DNA of 60,988 nt, filler included, from Chloroflexota bacterium (GTDB taxonomy: Bacteria > Chloroflexota > Chloroflexia > QHBQ01): assembly GCA_043754535.1 (NCBI GenBank). It is 6 parts of 5 records of this genome, joined end to end, with 100 filler letters (N's around TTAATTAATTAA, not from the genome) between each part and the next. Parts side by side here need not be neighbours in the genome. Positions count along the whole stretch, not along the records: positions 31,747 to 39,438 come from JAYUUN010000123.1; positions 39,539 to 45,991 come from JAYUUN010000124.1; positions 46,092 to 53,649 come from JAYUUN010000124.1; 3 more parts are not named here. One strand, written 5' to 3'. The position numbers were made by a program, and so were the translations under genes. This document shows positions 36,850 through 47,180 of this stretch, piece after piece; within the stretch, counting starts at the first letter, position 1, and each line of letters starts with the position of its first letter. The notes below the pieces were generated by a model. It saw only the letters and a program-made list of their open reading frames with translations. It was not told the DNA's origin and searched no databases.

Positions 36850-38100
36850 TTGAAGCCTACTCTGGTTGCCCTTGTCCTGCTTGCTGTGCTTATTCTCAGC
36901 CCCAACCTACTGACCCAAGCTGCCGAGAGCAGTCGTACCTTCCCAGAGACGGGTCGTACCGTCGCCGAGCCGTTCCTTAGCTACTGGCTGTCGCATGGTG
37001 GCCTCGCCCAGCAGGGCTACCCGATCACCGATGCCTACGACGAGCGTAGCGACACCGACGGCAAGACTTACCGTACCCAATACTTCGAGCGGGCGCGGTT
37101 TGAATACCACCCCGAAGTCGCCGACCCTCAGTCCCAGATTCTACTCGGCCTGCTTGGCCGCGAGGTGTTGGTTGCCCGCTACCCTAGCGGCAAGGTTGAG
37201 GCTACGGCAGAGACCGTGCCGGGCGGCGGCAGCCAGAGCTTTGCCCAGACCGGCTACAACGTCACCGGCGCGTTCCTCACCTACTGGCAAACGCATGGTG
37301 GGTTGGCCCAGCAGGGGCTACCGATCACTCCGGCCTTCTACGAGACCAACCAGGCCGACAGCAAGCGTTACCTAATCCAGTATTTTGAGCGGGCAAGGTT
37401 CGAGTACCATCCAGAAGTGGTTGACCCCATTTTTCAAGTGTTGCTCGGCTTGGTTGGTCAGGAGGTCTACCAGCAGCGCAGCAGCGGAGCAGCAACTGCG
37501 ACCGCGCAGGCGCAAGCCACCGCCACCCCACCAGCTGCCGCTGCTACGACTGCACCGGCTGCAACCGCCGCCCCGCCACCAGCAGCCGCCAGCCCGACCG
37601 TCACTGGTGCAGCAGCGGGCTGCAAGTTCACCGTCTATCAAACCTTCCAGTTTGTGATCAAGAACAATCCCGGCTTGATTGAGCGGCTGGGTTGCCCGAT
37701 TGACCGGGGCTTCGACAACAAGGACACGACTCAGAGTGGCAGCCAAGAGTTCAGCAAAGCCACGCTGGTGCTGCTCGACTCCAACGCAGCCGAGGTTAGG
37801 AGCGTCTACGGCATCTTTGGCCGTAGCTTCCGGCGGGCTGGCTATGCTGGGACGGAAGGTGGCAACGATCCGTCTGGTGCAGGGCCGCACTTCAGGGGCG
37901 CGGTACGCAACTTGGGTGGAGTCAGCAAGGTTGGCACGGCGGTAAGGGGCGAGGTCTGGGGTGGGGATGGCGCGATCCAGAAGTTTGAGCACGGCATCCT
38001 CGGCTATGTCGGCGACCGTTACCAGTTGTGCTACGCCTTCTTCCCCGAAACCGACACCAACCCTGACTACGGCACTGCCTTTGAGTATGCGACTCGCTAA
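36850..38100 (+). CDS. Secreted protein with two ETG/QYFERARFEYHPE repeats and an unknown C-terminal domain
   Basis: Signal peptide; FPETGRTV..YW..HGGLAQQG.PIT..QYFERARFEYHPE twice; Ala/Thr/Pro linker. Confidence 0.8.
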   Translation: MKPTLVALVLLAVLILSPNLLTQAAESSRTFPETGRTVAEPFLSYWLSHGGLAQQGYPITDAYDERSDTDGKTYRTQYFERARFEYHPEVADPQSQILLGLLGREVLVARYPSGKVEATAETVPGGGSQSFAQTGYNVTGAFLTYWQTHGGLAQQGLPITPAFYETNQADSKRYLIQYFERARFEYHPEVVDPIFQVLLGLVGQEVYQQRSSGAATATAQAQATATPPAAAATTAPAATAAPPPAAASPTVTGAAAGCKFTVYQTFQFVIKNNPGLIERLGCPIDRGFDNKDTTQSGSQEFSKATLVLLDSNAAEVRSVYGIFGRSFRRAGYAGTEGGNDPSGAGPHFRGAVRNLGGVSKVGTAVRGEVWGGDGAIQKFEHGILGYVGDRYQLCYAFFPETDTNPDYGTAFEYATR

Positions 38101-38212
38101 TTGCATTTCAGCTAAACCCCAACCTACCGCGAACTCACTTTGCGATAGGCGGGTTGTGGCTGAACCGGCTGTCATGTATAATCATCCAACACTGACGTAG
38201 AGGAGAGCGCAA

Positions 38213-39438
38213 GTGGGACGCAGCAGCACCAAGAAGGGCGCAGCACAGAAGAACGGCAACGGGGCGAACCTCGGCTTTGAGACGACTTTGTGGCAGGCCG
38301 CCGACGAACTCAGGAACAACATGGACCCGTCCGAGTACAAGCACATCGTCCTCGGCTTGATCTTCCTCAAGTACGTCTCCGATGCGTTCGAGGAGTTGCA
38401 GCAAAAGCTGGTCGCCGATGGTGGCGAGCCTGACGACCCCGACGAGTATTTGGCCGAGAGCATCTTCTGGGTGCCGCAGGTAGCCCGCTGGTCGCACCTC
38501 AAGGCCAACGCCCGCCAGCCGCAGATCGGCCAGTTGCTTGACGCGGCAATGGATGCGTTGGAGAAGGAGAACGACCGGCTCAAGGGCGTGTTGCCCAAGA
38601 ACTACGGCCTCTCCACGCTGGACAAGGGCAAGCTGGGCAGCCTGATCGAGATGTTCAGCAACATTGGCTTGGGCGACCGCGAGAGCCGCAGCAAGGACAT
38701 CTTGGGCCGCGTCTATGAATACTTCCTCTCCCGCTTTGCCAGTGCCGAGGGCAAGGGTGGCGGCGAGTTCTACACGCCGCAGTCGGTCGTGCGCCTGCTG
38801 GTGGCAATGATCGAGCCGTTCAAGGGGCGCGTCTATGATCCTTGCTGTGGGTCGGGCGGTATGTTTGTGCAGTCGGAACGCTTCATGTTGGAGCATGGCG
38901 GGCGCAGCAACAACCTCTCAATCTACGGGCAGGAGTCGAACGCCACCACTTGGAAGCTAGGCAACATGAACCTTGCGATCCGGGGCATCGAGGGCAATTT
39001 GGGCGAGCAACCCGCCGACAGCTTCCTCAATGACCTGCACAAAGACTTGCGGGCCGACTACGTGCTGGCAAACCCACCCTTCAACATCAGCAAGTGGAGT
39101 GGGGAACTGGTGCGCGAGGATGTGCGCTGGAAGTATGGGGTGCCGCCGGTTGGCAACGCCAACTTCGCGTGGGTGCAGCACATCATCCACCACCTTGCTC
39201 CGCAGGGGGTGGCGGGCTTCGTGCTGGCGAACGGCAGTATGTCGTCGAACAGCAGCGGCGAGGGCGCGATCCGGCAGCAGATCGTCGAGGGCGACTTGGT
39301 GGATTGCATGGTGGCTCTGCCGGGGCAGTTGTTCTACAGCACCCAGATTCCAGTCTGCCTCTGGTTCTTGGCCCGCGACAAGGCCGACTCGCGCTACCGC
39401 CAGCGCAAGGGCGAGACGCTGTTTATTGATGCCCGCAA
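38213..39438 (+). CDS. hsdM: Type I restriction-modification methyltransferase subunit (3' partial)
   Basis: [42 protein letters not shown]. Confidence 0.95.
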
Positions 39439-39538
39439 NNNNNNNNNNNNNNNNNNNNNNNNNNNNNNNNNNNNNNNNNNNNTTAATTAATTAANNNNNN
39501 NNNNNNNNNNNNNNNNNNNNNNNNNNNNNNNNNNNNNN
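39439..39538. other. Artificial contig spacer
   Basis: N44-TTAATTAATTAA-N44. Confidence 0.99.
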
Positions 39539-40420
39539 ACTGCTGGGGGTGAGCGTCACCGTCGGCGTGCTAGTGGACGTATCTGTGGCGGTCGGCGTGT
39601 TCGTCAGGGTTGGCGTGTCCGTGGGGGTGAGCGTCACTGTGGGCGTACTGCTGGGGGTGAGCGTCACCGTGGGCGTGTTTGTGGGAGTGAGAGTTACTGT
39701 TGGCGTGCTGGTGGGGGTGAGCGTCACCGTGGGCGTGTTTGTGGGCGTATCTGTTGCGGTCGGCGTACTAGTGGGAGTGAGAGTTACTGTTGGCGTGCTA
39801 GTGGACGTATCTGTGGCAGTCGGTGTATCTGTGGCAGTCGGCGTGTTAGTGGGGGTGAGTGTTGCCGTTGGCGTGTCTGTGGGCGTATCTGTGGCAGTCG
39901 GCGTGTTCGTCAGGGTTGGGGTGTTCGTTGGGGTGAGCGTCACCGTCGGCGTGCTGGTGGACGTATCTGTGGCAGTCGGCGTATCTGTGGCAGTCGGCGT
40001 GCTGGTGGGCGTGTTCGTCACCGTCGGCGTGCTAGTGGGCGTATCTGTGGCAGTCGGCGTACTCGTCAGGGTTGGGGTATTCGTGGGGGTGTTTGTGGGC
40101 GTATCTGTGGCAGTGGGCGTATCTGTGGCGGTCGGCGTACTAGTGGGCGTGTTCGTCACTGTGGGCGTGTTCGTGGGAGTGAGAGTTACTGTTGGCGTGC
40201 TGGTGGACGTGTCTGTGGCAGTCGGCGTACGCGTTGGGGTGCTAGTGGCGGTCGGCGTGTTCGTTGGTGTATGTGTTGCAGTCAGCGTATTGGTCAGGGT
40301 TGGCGTGCTAGTGGGCGTACTCGTCGGAGTTGGCGTGTTCGTGGGGGTGTTCGTGGGGGTTGGCGTGTTCGTGGGGGTGAGAGTTACTGTTGGCGTACGC
40401 GTCGGGGTGCTAGTGGCGAC
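39539..40420 (-). repeat. Degenerate coding repeats (TPT-NTP/ATD/VTL), about 290 aa and truncated by the contig end
   Basis: Recurrent GGCGTATCTGTGGCAGTC and GGGAGTGAGAGTTACTGTTGGCGT units. Confidence 0.92.
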
Positions 40421-41668
40421 AGCGCAGATGTTGGCGGTTGATGCGCTGTTGCGCGGAGCAGGAGCGGCCACGCTAAAGTTGTTGAGATTGTTGTTGGTGT
40501 CGGTGCAGCCACCAAGCAGCCGGAAGGCGGCAGTGGTGTTAATGTGGGGAGGGGCGGCACTGGTCTTGACCAACTCTGCGTTGTTGGCATTACTACCGTA
40601 GCCTACAAAGTCAACGATGCCAGCCAGCGGGATGAGACTGGGGAAGCAATCATTATCGCTGCCACCACAACCGAGGACGCTGGCGTTGCTGACGAGGGCT
40701 ATCTTGGCATTGGCAACAAACATATTCACATTCGTGTTGGTGATATCGGCAGTGGGGAGGGCAGAGCCACTACCGCCACCACTAGCCAGCTTGATCAGGA
40801 AGTAGCGACCCGGTGCTATAGAACCACTTAGGCCAGTGAAACCTGTGCTACCAGTCTGAAACTGGCTACTCCCCCCAGTGTATTGCAGTGACCAGCCAGA
40901 GAGACTGACGGTGGTACTACCACGGTTGAAAAGTTCAACAAAGTCGTTCAGATATTGTGCGCCGCCGTTCCCGCCGCCACCGTAGAACTGGCTGATCACC
41001 ACGTTGGGGACGGTGTAGCTGAAGTTGGTAGCGGTGGTTGGGTCTGAGTTGGAGCCACTGTTGGCGAAAATCTCTGGGCCACCGCCACTGTTCCAGGCAG
41101 CGATGATGTAGCGCACTGTTGTGCCTGGGGGCTGGCCGGGGATCGTCGCGTTAGCAACGTCAACCGTGCCACCGCTGCTGAAGGTGCAGCCATAGTTGGC
41201 GACAAGTACCTGCGTGCTACCGCTGCCGCTGCCCAACGTACCGTTCGGCTGCGTGCCATCAGTCGTGTAGTAGACCCGCGCCCGGTCGGTGAAGAACTGG
41301 TACTCGATTTTGAAACGCAGAGGGTAGGGCTGGCCGCCAGTAGGGTTAGCGGTGTCCAGGTAGTTGCCGCAGGTGCCACCAGTCAGGTTGAGCGTCTGCT
41401 CGTGGTAGACGTAGTTGGCGGTCTCGGCAGAGTCAGCTTTGACCGGGTTGGGGCCGCCCTTGCTGCCGCTCGTGGGGGTAGGCTGGTCGGCGGTAAAGCT
41501 GCTGGCAAGCTGGTAAGGCGGCGGGCGCACTGCTGGGGCTGTCCCAGGCTGGCGGGCTGGCGCAAGATGCACCCCAGCGGTGTAGCCTTGTGTGGCTGGC
41601 AGCAAGCCCACCCCACTCAACAGCAGCAGGGTGATTACTCCGCTAAGGACGCGATTGCTTCTTCTCAT
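39539..41668 (-). CDS. Secreted lamin-tail-domain protein with a long Thr/Pro stalk (3' partial)
   Basis: Signal peptide; Ig-like YYTTDGTQP domain; [39 protein letters not shown]. Confidence 0.85.
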
Positions 41669-41727
41669 CTTTTTTCTTCTCCCCTGGCTGGCTTTGGTTG
41701 ATGATCAACACAGATAACTGCGCGCTC

Positions 41728-41766
41728 ATTATAGATCGTCAACCTTACCAAACACCTTACCAAATC
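41728..41766 (-). promoter_or_regulatory. GGTAAGG direct-repeat motif, site 3, with -10
   Basis: Minus strand gatttGGTAAGGtgtttGGTAAGG-N9-TATAAT, upstream of 41668. Confidence 0.7.
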
Positions 41767-41820
41767 GTGCCACTTTAGTGCATCTGATGATCTTCGCTGC
41801 AAACGTAACAGCCCAGTGGC

Positions 41821-41856
41821 AAAAAGAAGGGGCTGCACCTTCGCAGGTACAGCCTT
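41821..41856 (-). terminator. Terminator after the DUF885 gene
   Basis: A-tract then GGCTGcACCT-tcgc-AGGTaCAGCC. Confidence 0.6.
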
Positions 41857-41868
41857 AGGCAGAGCGGA

Positions 41869-43764
41869 TCAGCCCGCCCCTACGCAGCTATCATATGCTA
41901 ACAGGGTTGCGCCATCGTCCAGCAGCAGCAGTTGGCGGCGCAACAAGGCTACTGGTGGGCTACCGAAGGATAGTAGCTTGTTGTGGAACTGCTTGAGGCT
42001 GAACTCTACGCCGTCAAGCTCCTGCTCGGCCCTGTAGTCCTCACGCAGCTTGAGGATTTGCAGCTTGCCGAGGGTGTAGGCAAAGTAGCCAGGGTCGAAG
42101 GTGCCACGCCGAGCCTCCGACGCGCCACTCTCATGCTCCATGAACGCGTCATTGATGAAGCGGTCGGTTGCCTCCTCCACTGTCATGCCCTGGGTGTGCA
42201 TCCTGATCGAGCAGACAAAGCGCACGTTGCGGACGAGGGCTTCCAACAGTTGGGCGATCTCGGCTACCACCTGGTCTTTGCCATAACCCGCCTCAACCAG
42301 CATCTGCTCACAATAGTGCGCCCAGCCTTCTATGAAGGCGTAGTTGAAGATACTCTTGGCCGCATTGCTGGGGGCGTTCTGCATATGCAAGAACTGGACG
42401 TAGTGGCCGGGGTAGGCCTCGTGGATCGAAATGTCTTCCAGGATGGGGTAAGCGAACTGCGACAGCCACTCCTCCTTCTTCTCCTCTGGCAGGTCGGCAG
42501 CAGGGCGGGTGATGTAGTAGTAAGCCTGGGTTGCCACCGCCTCGAAGGGGCCGGGCGTGTCCATCGAAGCGAAGCTCCACGAGTGGAAGGCAGGGGTCTC
42601 CTCGACCACGCAGCGCACCTCAGAGGGGATGGTGATCAGGTCGTGCTGCACGATATACTTGCGGATCGCTTCCAACGTCTGCTGCCCATCCTCGATCAGC
42701 GACTCGCTGGTGGGTCGGTTCTTCGCCAGCTCCTTGATCGCGGCAGGGACGCTGAGGCCGGGCATCTTTTGGGCAACCAGTTCTTGCAGGCGGCTCTTGT
42801 TCTTTTGCAGGTTCTCCTCGCCAACGCGCAGCATATCGGCCAGTGGAATGTCCAGCAACTCCTGACGGCGCACCAGTTGGCGGTAGCGGTCAGCACCGAG
42901 GGCGAAGTCGGTGCTGGCGGTGGCCTGCTTGCCCTTGAGCCACTCAACCAGCCGCTCCAGGCGGGCGCGGAGCTGGGCGGCCACCTCATGGGCCTCCTCA
43001 ATCAGCGCGGTATTGCCCACTGGCTTGATCGCCTGGAAGAACTCGCCGTCCTCTGCATAGTAGGTGAGATAGCCACCGTAGACCAGCAAGGCGACCTGAA
43101 GCAGGGAGGCGGATAGCTGCTCGTCCAGGTTGGCCTCAGCGTGATCAAGGTTGGCTTGGCCCGCCCTCAGGTACTCAAGGGCCAGGCGCACACGGGCTTG
43201 CAGGGGGGCATAGTCGCGCTTGAGGTAGCTGCTTACGTCGAAGGTATCGTAGGCAATGGGCGACTCCTCGTAGGTGCGCTGCTCGGTCAGGCGGAACAGT
43301 TCGAACTCTGCATCGTAGCGCACCAGGTCAAAATCGAAGCTCTCAGCCCCGGCGTGCAGGTGGTCACGGTTGATCGACTCGATGGTGGAGAGGAAGCCGC
43401 CCAACTCTGCTATGCGCCGATCCAGCGACTCGCGGCTGAAGTCGGGAGCCTTGCCGTCGTACTGGTGCAAACCGAGGTAGGTTGCGCCGCTTGGATAGAA
43501 GGCATAGGCGCGCTCGATATAGTCGGCGACCAGTAGGCGGGCGCGGGGCGCATCGTCGCTGCCAGGGTCGCCCTTCGCAGTGCGGTCATGGTAGATCGGG
43601 TCGCCATCATCATCGTACAGCGGTTCGCCATACTGATCAACTGCGTCAGCAAGATTGACTTCGGCTTGCTGGTTGCCGCCCTCGGTGTTGTCCATCTCGG
43701 CGGCCACATCTTCGGTGCTAGCCTCAGTGTCGTTGATGTGCCGCTGGTGCTTCTCGTCGCTCAT
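41869..43764 (-). CDS. DUF885-family putative metallopeptidase
   Basis: HEAYPGHYVQ, FIEGWAHYCE, EARR, YTLGKLQILKLRE, FHNKLL; RBS AAAGGAG before ATG 43764. Confidence 0.9.
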   Translation of the reverse strand: MSDEKHQRHINDTEASTEDVAAEMDNTEGGNQQAEVNLADAVDQYGEPLYDDDGDPIYHDRTAKGDPGSDDAPRARLLVADYIERAYAFYPSGATYLGLHQYDGKAPDFSRESLDRRIAELGGFLSTIESINRDHLHAGAESFDFDLVRYDAEFELFRLTEQRTYEESPIAYDTFDVSSYLKRDYAPLQARVRLALEYLRAGQANLDHAEANLDEQLSASLLQVALLVYGGYLTYYAEDGEFFQAIKPVGNTALIEEAHEVAAQLRARLERLVEWLKGKQATASTDFALGADRYRQLVRRQELLDIPLADMLRVGEENLQKNKSRLQELVAQKMPGLSVPAAIKELAKNRPTSESLIEDGQQTLEAIRKYIVQHDLITIPSEVRCVVEETPAFHSWSFASMDTPGPFEAVATQAYYYITRPAADLPEEKKEEWLSQFAYPILEDISIHEAYPGHYVQFLHMQNAPSNAAKSIFNYAFIEGWAHYCEQMLVEAGYGKDQVVAEIAQLLEALVRNVRFVCSIRMHTQGMTVEEATDRFINDAFMEHESGASEARRGTFDPGYFAYTLGKLQILKLREDYRAEQELDGVEFSLKQFHNKLLSFGSPPVALLRRQLLLLDDGATLLAYDSCVGAG

Positions 43765-43834
43765 GGTTGCTCCTTTATCTAGATAAGAGTTTGATCCAAG
43801 TATCATATCACATTACGTGCCAACCCATACCTGT

Positions 43835-44914
43835 TCACCAAGTCTGCGGGTCGCGTACCTTGCCGATGAAGGTGTCCAGCGGGTCGTAGCTAGTGATCAG
43901 TTCGCGGCGCACGGTGTAAAGCGGCACTTGCGGGTCAGTCGGGTCTTTCAGTTGGAAGGCCATCTTCAGGCCATACTCGCGCACCTTGTCCACTACATGA
44001 CGATCCCAGGCACCAAAGGGATAGGCAAAGTAGGATATCTTGTGGCCGACAATCTCCTCCAACTCCTTGAGGCCACCCGCAATCTCAGTTGCCAGTTGCT
44101 CGTCGGTCTGGGTGGGCAGGTTCTGGTGCGAGTAGGTATGCGCGCAGATGTAGTGGCCTGCCTTGTCCAGCCCCCGCACCTGCTCTTTGGTCAAGAAGCC
44201 ATCCTTGTCCAGTGGGATGGTCATGATGAACCAGGCGGCCTTGATGCCGTACTTGTTCAGCACGGGTAGGCCGTTGTCATAGGCAGTTGCATAGCCGTCG
44301 TCAATGGTGATCAGCACAGCCTGGGCTGGGGGGGTGTAGGCAAGGTCAGTGTAGTAGCGGTACACATCGTCTGGGCTGAGGAAGCTGTACTTGTTGTCCA
44401 CCAGCCACTTGATTTGAGCCTCAAACTGCGAGATGGTAGCGACCATCTCCCGCGTCCCCTCGTTGTCATCACTGTTGACTGGGCGGATGCGGTGGTAGCA
44501 GATCACTGGCAGGTCAGGCCGATTGGCAAGGGCAACTGAGGTCGCTTCGGCGGCTGCTCCACTCGCGCCAGGTGTGCTTGTGGACGGCAATGGACTGGTT
44601 GTCGCTGGCACAGCAGTAGCTGTTGCTGGGGCAGCAGTGGCCGTTGGTGGTAGCGGACTGATCGTTGGTAGGGCAGCGGTGGCCGTAGCTGGGGCAGCAG
44701 TGACGGTCGCTGGGGCAGCCTGGGCGAGGGCGGTGGACGAGTTGGCGGATGCAACCGCAGGAGGGGTAGCGGTGGCAGTGCTATTGTCGCAGGCGGCCAG
44801 TAGCCCCGCAGTGAGTGTAGCCCCAGCTACGACCAGGCTAGCCCGCAGGAAGCGGCGGCGGCTAACAGCGGCTTCGCAACCGCAATCTTCGGCGTGGATC
44901 GGCTTCTCAGACAT
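43835..44914 (-). CDS. Tat-exported lipoprotein polysaccharide deacetylase (NodB/CE4)
   Basis: SRRRFL Tat motif, LLAAC lipobox, PVICYH, ITIDDG, HTYSH, FAYPFG. Confidence 0.9.
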   Translation of the reverse strand: MSEKPIHAEDCGCEAAVSRRRFLRASLVVAGATLTAGLLAACDNSTATATPPAVASANSSTALAQAAPATVTAAPATATAALPTISPLPPTATAAPATATAVPATTSPLPSTSTPGASGAAAEATSVALANRPDLPVICYHRIRPVNSDDNEGTREMVATISQFEAQIKWLVDNKYSFLSPDDVYRYYTDLAYTPPAQAVLITIDDGYATAYDNGLPVLNKYGIKAAWFIMTIPLDKDGFLTKEQVRGLDKAGHYICAHTYSHQNLPTQTDEQLATEIAGGLKELEEIVGHKISYFAYPFGAWDRHVVDKVREYGLKMAFQLKDPTDPQVPLYTVRRELITSYDPLDTFIGKVRDPQTW

Positions 44915-45087
44915 CGAAATCTGTTCCCTGACCTTCCTAATGTAGTGAGTAGCGGGGTTGGCTGGGCAGAAGCACTCAGCAACGGCCTTATTCTACCACG
45001 CCCAGCCCGCTACTGTCCAGCCAAAAGCGCAGCTGGGCAGGGCGGCACCAAACTTTACGAAAGTGCTAGATGACCGAAAATTGGTCT

Positions 45088-45126
45088 GATTTGGTGAGCT
45101 GTTTGGTAAGGTTGCTCTGCTACAAT
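45088..45126 (+). promoter_or_regulatory. GGTAAGG direct-repeat motif, site 4, with extended -10
   Basis: gatttGGTgAGctgtttGGTAAGG-N9-TACAAT. Confidence 0.7.
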
Positions 45127-45233
45127 AGCCTTGACGCGCAGGCAGAGCTAGCTGGCCTGCGCACCTGACCGCTAGCTCTACTGCTGCTAGCCATCAGTTT
45201 ACATCTGACTAAGAGAACCTTGTGCAAGGAGCA

Positions 45234-45460
45234 ATGACCACGACCGCTATCCCAGCAGTGCAACCGCTGCCTGACGACGCGGAACTCCCGATCCAGGCTG
45301 GTGAACCTGACGCTGACTTGACTCGCGCCGCCGACAATAGCGACCATGCTTTTGACCCACCGCCAGCGACTACCAGGACGCAGACCAGAGCGACGAGGAT
45401 TCACCGCCCGCCAACCAGCCGTCAGAACCAGGCACTCCCCACGAACAGCCTGGTCGCTGA
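45234..45460 (+). CDS. Small acidic disordered protein, possibly with a 1-nt frameshift near 45357
   Basis: AAGGAG RBS + ATG; acidic frame to ~45357, then an alternative frame reads TASDYQDADQSDEDSPP..GR* (TGA 45458-45460). Confidence 0.35.
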
Positions 45461-45591
45461 ACCTGGCGCAAGGCTACCCACCAGTCGGCTACAGTGCAGG
45501 TTAGCGCAAAAGATGGTAAGATACAAGCGAACCAGCACGGGCCGGGGCGAAACCCGCGCTAGCGAGTCGTGGTGCTGGCCGAAGGGGACGC

Positions 45592-45991
45592 TTGGGCATA
45601 CCTGATCTGCAACTGATCGCTTTCAGCCCGCTCCTAGTCCTGCTTGGAGGGGCGGGGCTGGTCTGGCTGACGGGGCTGGGGGAGCGCACTGCTGGCTGGG
45701 GTGGCTGGCTGGCGGGGCTGGCGGTGGCGGTGGCAGCCCTGGCCCTGGTGCAGAGTGAGCAGCGGCTAGCCGTTGAGTGGCTGCGCCTGCCAGGGGGCAA
45801 CCTCAGCCTGGTACTGGCGGGCGACGGCCTCAGCCGCCTGTTCAGCCTGGCGACGCTTGCGCTGGCCGGGCTGCTGCTGCTGGCCCACGCCAACACCCCG
45901 CTAACCGAGCAGCAGCCCAGCAGTGGCGGTGAGCGGGGGGTGATCTTTGGGCTGCTGTTGCTGGCAGGGTTGCTGCTCTACTATGCGGCGG
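45592..45991 (+). CDS. N-terminus of a MrpD/NuoM/HyfB-like antiporter-type membrane subunit (3' partial)
   Basis: Hydrophobic helices and EWLRLPGGNLSLVLAGDGLSRLF. Confidence 0.5.
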
Positions 45992-46091
45992 NNNNNNNNN
46001 NNNNNNNNNNNNNNNNNNNNNNNNNNNNNNNNNNNTTAATTAATTAANNNNNNNNNNNNNNNNNNNNNNNNNNNNNNNNNNNNNNNNNNNN
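45992..46091. other. Artificial contig spacer
   Basis: N44-TTAATTAATTAA-N44. Confidence 0.99.
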
Positions 46092-47178
46092 CCAGGTAGA
46101 ACAAGTAGCCAGCCAACACCATCAACGGTGTGAGTGCAACAGTATAGGTGAAGAAAGCCTGCCAGTCGCGCAGGCCACGAGGCAACCAACTTGCAATCTC
46201 TAGCAGCAAACTATCATGGATCAGGTAGAGGCTGTAGCTAGAGGCACCAACCCAGACTAGAGGCCGCCAGCTAAACACACGCTGGAGTAGCCCTGTCGCT
46301 GCTGCCGCTAGTACCAGAAAGAAAAAGCTCGTGCCAATGACAATGTCTACAAAAGGATAGAACCCACCCTGCCTCAGGTAGAAGTAAGAGAAGCCAACCC
46401 ATAGGCAGGCAAGAAACAGGGCAAAGCTAACAGCCGAGTTCACCTTGTCCCGGTAGCGCACCACGATCACCGCTGCCAGGATGCCGAGGGCGAACTCGAA
46501 GATGCGGCCTGGGGCAAACCACGACCATGCCTCCACCTGATTCCACTTCTTGGTAAGCAGCACAGTGTTAGCAATCATGATCCGCCAAGCAACATCAGCT
46601 AGCAACGCAATCGCCGCCATGTTCAGCACCCCGAAGCGGCGGGACAGGTAGATCAGGATAGGGAAGCAAAGGTAGAACTGGACTTCCAGTTCCAGTGACC
46701 AGAATGCACCGTTCATTGTGGGGAAGCCTGGTGTCAGCCCACGCATTACGTTGTTGACAAAGAAGATGTGGGTAAGAGCTGAAGGGAAGGGTTGCACAAA
46801 GGTAGTGTAGTGCTTGAGGCTGAAAGCAACATAGGCCGCAGGCACCAGCCAGTAGAGCAACGCAAACAGACCAATCGCAGCATAGAAAGGAGGTAGGATG
46901 CGAATTGCACGGCGCACAAAGAAATCTTTGACATTGAATGGCTTCCACCCATTCAACTCAACTAGTGGATAGGCCAGGCAGAACCCTGAGATGACCATGA
47001 ATAGGTGAACACCAAACGACCCAAGGACGAAATAGTTAGTTAGTGGCAACCCTATTACCTTGACATTAGTGGTGTAGTAGCCACCCCACAGCCAGCTATG
47101 GAAGACTACCACCATCAGTGCGGCAAACCCCCGCAACCCATCAATGAAATCCAGCCGTTGCTTCAACTTACGCTCCAC
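46092..47178 (-). CDS. Acyltransferase family 3 (OafA-like O-acyltransferase), 3' partial
   Basis: IDGLRGFAALMVVVFH, GVHLFMVISGF, RRAIRILP, WSLELEVQFY, SYSLYLIH. Confidence 0.93.
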
Positions 47179-47180
47179 TG

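Noticed and set aside
38213..39438. hsdM as part of a novel defence island
   Set aside because: Canonical type I MTase cut by the contig end; hsdS/hsdR and further context are not visible.
39539..40420. Possible CRISPR array
   Set aside because: Units are short, degenerate, codon-phased and lack unique spacers; no cas genes.
39549..40601. 350-aa Val/Gly-rich ORF on the plus strand
   Set aside because: Antisense shadow of the Thr/Pro repeat stalk.
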